DNA of 64,000 nucleotides from assembly GCA_044226625.1 (NCBI GenBank), contig JBGAGQ010000001.1:96001-160000 (forward strand), written 5' to 3'. Positions within the stretch are counted from its first letter, which is position 1; every line of letters starts with the position of its first letter. A program made the translations under genes and the position numbers. Below the pieces are notes generated by a model, which ran no database searches, was not told where the DNA came from, and saw nothing but the letters and a program-made list of their open reading frames with translations. Source of the DNA: Thermoanaerobaculia bacterium (lineage in GTDB: Bacteria; Acidobacteriota; Thermoanaerobaculia; Multivoradales; UBA5704). Of this stretch, positions 60,045 through 64,000 are shown in pieces.

Positions 60045-60545
60045 ATGAAGAGAACGCCCCTTCGGCGCCTGGCCCTCGCGCTCGTCGCCTTTGCCCTTCC
60101 CGCGCTCGCCCAGGCCCAGAGCCCGACCTCGGACGAGAAGAACCTGACCCTCGAAGGCGCCAAGCAGGTGCTCGCCGCCGCGATCGTCGTCGCGAAGAAC
60201 GACGACTCGAAGACCGGCGCGATCGCCGTAGTCGATCGGAGCGGCAATCTGATCGCGCTCGAACGGCTCGACGGCACGTTCCCCGCCGCTGGCCAAGTCG
60301 CGACCGGCAAGGCACGCACCGCCGCTCTGTTTCAAAAAGCCACTCGGAATTTCGAGGACAGCATTAACAAGGGGCGCACCGCTCTCGTCGCGGTCGACGG
60401 CATGACCCCCTTGAAGGGTGGCGTGCCGATCGTGATCGACGGCAAGATCGTAGGCGCCGTCGGGGTGAGCGGGGCCGCGAGCCAGGACCGCGACGACGAG
60501 ATCGCCACGGCGGGAGCCGGGGCGTTCGCCGCCGCGGGGCACTGA
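60045..60545 (+). CDS. Secreted GlcG/HbpS-family heme-binding protein
   Basis: IAVVD..G.L..LERLDG, A..KARTA and GGVPI..G..VGAVGVSG motifs. Confidence 0.9.
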   Translation: MKRTPLRRLALALVAFALPALAQAQSPTSDEKNLTLEGAKQVLAAAIVVAKNDDSKTGAIAVVDRSGNLIALERLDGTFPAAGQVATGKARTAALFQKATRNFEDSINKGRTALVAVDGMTPLKGGVPIVIDGKIVGAVGVSGAASQDRDDEIATAGAGAFAAAGH

Positions 60546-60556
60546 GGATCGGGACG

Positions 60557-62179
60557 ATGACGAAGAAGAGCCTCTTCCTCCTCGCTCTCGCCGCGCCTCT
60601 GCTCGGAGATTGGAGCGGCGCGGCTTCGGCACAGACGACCGGCGACGTGCCGATCGGCCGGCCGGACGCGGTGATCGACCTTGCCACGAAAGAGGGCGCG
60701 GCGGTCGTCGCCGCGACCTGGCGCTACGCCGACGCTCAGATCGTCGAGGTCGATCATCGCGCCCCGGGGCCGGATCTCAAAGCCTCCGGCGCGCCGGTGA
60801 AGACGCACGACCTCGTGCCGCACGCCGGAGACGCCGACTTCTCCGACGCCGCGTGGCCGGCGATCGAACCCGAGACACTCAAAGCGCGACGGGGCAACGG
60901 CCGCACCAGCTTCGGCTGGTATCGCCTGACGCTTACGCTTCCCGAAGCGTTCGGCGCGCTGCCGGCCGCCGGAACGGCGGTCGTGTTCGAGACCGTCGTC
61001 GACGACTACGCCGAGGTCTGGGTGGACAGCCGGCTGCCGCTCGTGCTCGGGCAGCAGGGGGGCGCGCTGATCCACGGCTTCAACGCGCCGAATCGGGTGG
61101 TCCTCACCCGCGACGCCAAGCCCGGTCAAACGTTCCACGTCGCGGTCTTCGCCGCGAACGGCCCGCTCTCGTCGGCGCCAGGCAATTTCATCTGGATGCG
61201 CTCGGCGACGCTCGACGTCTACCGTCCGGGCCGGCTCGGCCACGGCCAGGAGGTCGCGACCGAGATCGCCCGTCGGGATCCAAGGCTCGACGCGATCGTC
61301 GCTCCTGGCACGATGATCGAGCGGCTCGCTTCGGGCTTCTCATTCACCGAAGGTCCGGTCTGGGTAAAGGACGGCGGCTACCTGCTCTTCTCCGATCCCA
61401 ACGAGAACACCATCTACCGCTATTCGACCGACGGTCAGATTTCGATCTACCGGTCGCACAGCGGCTACACCGGTCTCGACGTTGGGATCTATCACCAGCC
61501 CGGCTCGAACGGCTTGACGCTGGACCGGGAAGGGCGCCTGACGATCGACGAGCATGGCAACCGGCGCGTGACGAGGCTCGAGAAGAACGGCACCCTCACC
61601 GTCCTCGCCGACCGATACGAAGGCAAACGGCTGAACAGCCCGAACGACCTCGTCTACCGCTCGGACGGCGCGCTCTACTTCACCGATCCGCCGTTCGGCC
61701 TGCCGAAGGTCTACGACGATCCGGGCAAGGAGCTCCCGACGAGCGGCGTCTTCCTCCTCCGCGACAGAAAGCTTGCGCGCGTCGCCGACGACCTCAAAGG
61801 ACCGAACGGGCTCGCGTTTTCGCCCGACGAGAAATTCCTTTACGTCTCGAACTGGGACGAGAAGAAGAAGATCGTCCAGCGCTATCCGGTCGCCGCCGAC
61901 GGCACGCTGGGCGTCGGCACGACCTTCGCCGATCTGACGAGCGTGCCCGGCGAGGAGGCACTCGACGGCTTGAAGGTGGACCGGGACGGCAACGTCTACG
62001 TCTCCGGCCCCGGCGGGCTCTCGATCTACGCCGCCGACGGCACGGCGCTCGGAACCCTCAAGGGCCCCGAGCTTCCCGCGAATTTCGCCTGGGGCGACGA
62101 CGACGGCAAAGCGCTCTACCTCACCGCTCGAACCGGGCTCTACCGGATTCGCTTGAAGGTCGAGGGGATTCGGCCGTAG
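60557..62179 (+). CDS. SMP-30/gluconolactonase with N-terminal beta-sandwich domain
   Basis: FTEGPVW, GSNGL, LNSPND, PNGLAFSPDE and DGLKVD motifs; signal peptide; VDDYAEVWVD carbohydrate-binding-like N-domain. Confidence 0.88.
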   Translation: MTKKSLFLLALAAPLLGDWSGAASAQTTGDVPIGRPDAVIDLATKEGAAVVAATWRYADAQIVEVDHRAPGPDLKASGAPVKTHDLVPHAGDADFSDAAWPAIEPETLKARRGNGRTSFGWYRLTLTLPEAFGALPAAGTAVVFETVVDDYAEVWVDSRLPLVLGQQGGALIHGFNAPNRVVLTRDAKPGQTFHVAVFAANGPLSSAPGNFIWMRSATLDVYRPGRLGHGQEVATEIARRDPRLDAIVAPGTMIERLASGFSFTEGPVWVKDGGYLLFSDPNENTIYRYSTDGQISIYRSHSGYTGLDVGIYHQPGSNGLTLDREGRLTIDEHGNRRVTRLEKNGTLTVLADRYEGKRLNSPNDLVYRSDGALYFTDPPFGLPKVYDDPGKELPTSGVFLLRDRKLARVADDLKGPNGLAFSPDEKFLYVSNWDEKKKIVQRYPVAADGTLGVGTTFADLTSVPGEEALDGLKVDRDGNVYVSGPGGLSIYAADGTALGTLKGPELPANFAWGDDDGKALYLTARTGLYRIRLKVEGIRP

Positions 62180-62308
62180 CTGCCCACGGAAGCCGCCGTT
62201 CTAGGACGGCGGCTTCCTCTGTCTCTGAGGCCCCAGCTCGGCGAAGTCCAAAGGCTTGGGTCTATACTTGGCTCGGAATCGGCCGGTGCCGATTCGGAGA
62301 CCTCGAAG

Positions 62309-62545
62309 ATGCCCAACCCTGCGAACGTGACTTTCCAACAGGCCCTCGAAATCGTCGAAGGGTTGCCGGAAGACCAACAGGGAGAGCTGATCGAGATCGT
62401 CCGCAACCGGCAGAGAGAGCTACGCCGGGAGGCTCTGGCGGCTGGCGTCGAGGGCGCCCGCGCCGAGCTCGCCCGCGGCGACGTTCGGCGAGGTTCGGTC
62501 GGAGACCTTCTCCTTGAGCTGGCCGAAACCGAGAACGACGAGTGA
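62309..62545 (+). CDS. Putative antitoxin
   Basis: Small helical acidic protein (FQQALE.VE.L..DQQ..LIEIV); GTGA overlap with the toxin. Confidence 0.75.
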   Translation: MPNPANVTFQQALEIVEGLPEDQQGELIEIVRNRQRELRREALAAGVEGARAELARGDVRRGSVGDLLLELAETENDE

Positions 62546-62826
62546 GGGAGCTCGTCTGGAGCAACACCTTTCGCCGCGCACTGCGGCGGACGCTCAAGCG
62601 ACAACCTCAAGCCCTCGTGGACATCACGGAAGCCCTGCGCCTGTTGCAGGAAAATCTTTTCGCTCCCCAGTTGGCCACTCACAAACTCAAGGGAAAGTTG
62701 GCCGGAATTTGGGCGTGCAGCGCCGGGTACGATCTACGCATTCTGTTTGAGTTGGTCGCGAACCCTGATCGCGCCGAAGAAGACCTGTTCCTGCTGGAGA
62801 TCGGCACCCACGACGAAGTGTACTGA
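62542..62826 (+). CDS. RelE/YafQ-superfamily toxin
   Basis: F.RALRR...THKLKGKLAG.WACS.GYDLRI...IGTHDEVY. Confidence 0.88.
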   Translation: MRELVWSNTFRRALRRTLKRQPQALVDITEALRLLQENLFAPQLATHKLKGKLAGIWACSAGYDLRILFELVANPDRAEEDLFLLEIGTHDEVY

Positions 62827-62880
62827 GGCGGCATTCTAAGTTTGGTGCCCTTCGGCGCATCTCCGCTGCAAACTTCCAGA

Positions 62881-63003
62881 AGGCTTCTGGATAAGTCCTT
62901 CATCGCGGGATTCTCTGCGGGCGTCCCGCTTACTCGCTTCCCTCGGAAACCTCGGGGGCGTCCTCGGGGACACTGAGACGTGGGGAGAGTTTCTCAGCAG
63001 CCT
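62881..63003. mobile_element. Degenerate second copy of the 53276-53400 MITE
   Basis: AGGCTTCTGGATAAGTC...GAGAGTTTCTCAGCAGCCT; shares CTGCGGGCG, ACTCGCT, CTCGGGG and CGTCCTC in the same order. Confidence 0.7.
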
Positions 63004-63098
63004 GCCCAGTAACGATTTCCTCCCGACCGGCATACATCGGGGCAATCGGGCATCGCCTGGTTCCCTTTGGCCGCACCCTACGAGGAGATTTGAATCCC

Positions 63099-64000
63099 AT
63101 GAAAGCCATCGCCGTCATCCCCGGCGCCGCCGGTAGCATCCATCTGCGCGACGTTCCGACGCCGCGCGTCGAGGACGTCCCCGACGGTCGGGGCGTTTTG
63201 GTCAAGGTCCTGCGCGTCGGCGTCGACGGCACAGACAAGGAAATCAACGCGGCCGAGTACGGCGCTCCGCCGCCGGGGGACGACTTTCTGATCCTCGGCC
63301 ACGAGAGCTTCGGCCAGGTGGTCGCGGTCGGACCGGCGGTCCATGAATTCAAGCCGGGCGACTTCGTGGTGGCGACCGTGCGCCGTCCCGGTTCGAGCCT
63401 CTACGACAAGATCGGCCTTCAGGACATGACGACCGACGACGTCTATTTCGAGCGCGGCATCAACCTGCGCCACGGCTACCTCGCCGAGTACTACGCCGAC
63501 GCGGCCGACTATCTGATCCGCATCCCGGCGGGCCTCAAAGAGGTGGGCGTGCTCATGGAGCCGTCGAGCGTCGCCCAGAAGGCGATCGGCCAGGCTTGGG
63601 AGATCCAGCGCCGGATGAAGGTCTGGCGTCCGCGGCGCGCCGCGGTCCTCGGCACCGGCACGCTCGGCCTGCTCGCCGCGCTCTCTCTGCGCCTGCGCGG
63701 TCTCGAAGTGGTCGCGTTCGGCCGCACGCCGCGCCCCTACCTGAACGCCGATCTCCTCGAAGCGATCGGCGCCGCCTACCTTTCGACCGCGGACGTGAGC
63801 CTGACCGAGGCGTCGAAGACCCACGGACCGTTCGACTTCATCCTCGAAGGGACCGGTTTCTCGCCGCTCGTCTTCGAGGCGATGGGGGCGCTCGCCAAGA
63901 ACGGCGTGCTCGCGATGGTTTCCATCAGCGGCGGCGACCGCCACGTCGAGATCCCCTCGGACCAGATCAATCAGGGGTTCGTGCTCGGCAACAAAGTCGC
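63099..64000 (+). CDS. Zn-dependent (MDR) glucose 1-dehydrogenase, runs off the window end
   Basis: GAGGAG RBS; MKAIAV, LRVGVDGTDKEI, LGHES, VATVRRP, ERGI..RHGY and LGTGTLG motifs. Absent from the ORF track because there is no stop in the window. Confidence 0.88.
   Translation, partial: MKAIAVIPGAAGSIHLRDVPTPRVEDVPDGRGVLVKVLRVGVDGTDKEINAAEYGAPPPGDDFLILGHESFGQVVAVGPAVHEFKPGDFVVATVRRPGSSLYDKIGLQDMTTDDVYFERGINLRHGYLAEYYADAADYLIRIPAGLKEVGVLMEPSSVAQKAIGQAWEIQRRMKVWRPRRAAVLGTGTLGLLAALSLRLRGLEVVAFGRTPRPYLNADLLEAIGAAYLSTADVSLTEASKTHGPFDFILEGTGFSPLVFEAMGALAKNGVLAMVSISGGDRHVEIPSDQINQGFVLGNKV

Overview
A 64 kb, roughly 70% GC bacterial chromosomal segment, probably from an Acidobacteriota member. This is inferred from two orphan duplicated MacB-like 'ADOP' permeases, an FHA-sigma54 activator and a TPR Ser/Thr kinase. 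Contents in order: yefM-yoeB; two acyl-CoA dehydrogenases; a TPR/double-cNMP protein; an L,D-transpeptidase cluster with a helical lipoprotein ending in Lys; a TPR-lipoprotein/TonB/ExbB/ExbD/ExbD operon; a secreted animal-type heme peroxidase divergent from a NarL-type two-component system; a Na+/H+ antiporter and a frameshifted ClC; a MazF-like TA pair; an ABC1 kinase; a 59-aa double-glycine Cys/Thr-rich RiPP-like precursor missing from the ORF track; a 12 x 20 bp tandem array; a small NRPS cluster (2OG-Fe oxygenase, SDR, T-C-A-T-TE NRPS); a signalling island (Ser/Thr kinase-TPR, sigma54 promoter, three secreted unknowns, FHA-sigma54 activator); an M35 protease; a selenocysteine formate dehydrogenase complex (in-frame UGA plus SECIS); a MITE present in two copies; an astacin-CHAT fusion protease; and a YHS/GlcG/lactonase/glucose dehydrogenase region interrupted by a TA pair. 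The best candidates for undescribed biology are the kinase/FHA-sigma54 island, the orphan RiPP precursor, the T-C-A-T-TE NRPS cluster, the 20-bp array, and the Lpp-like lipoprotein beside the L,D-transpeptidases. All family assignments come from motif recognition; no database searches were run.
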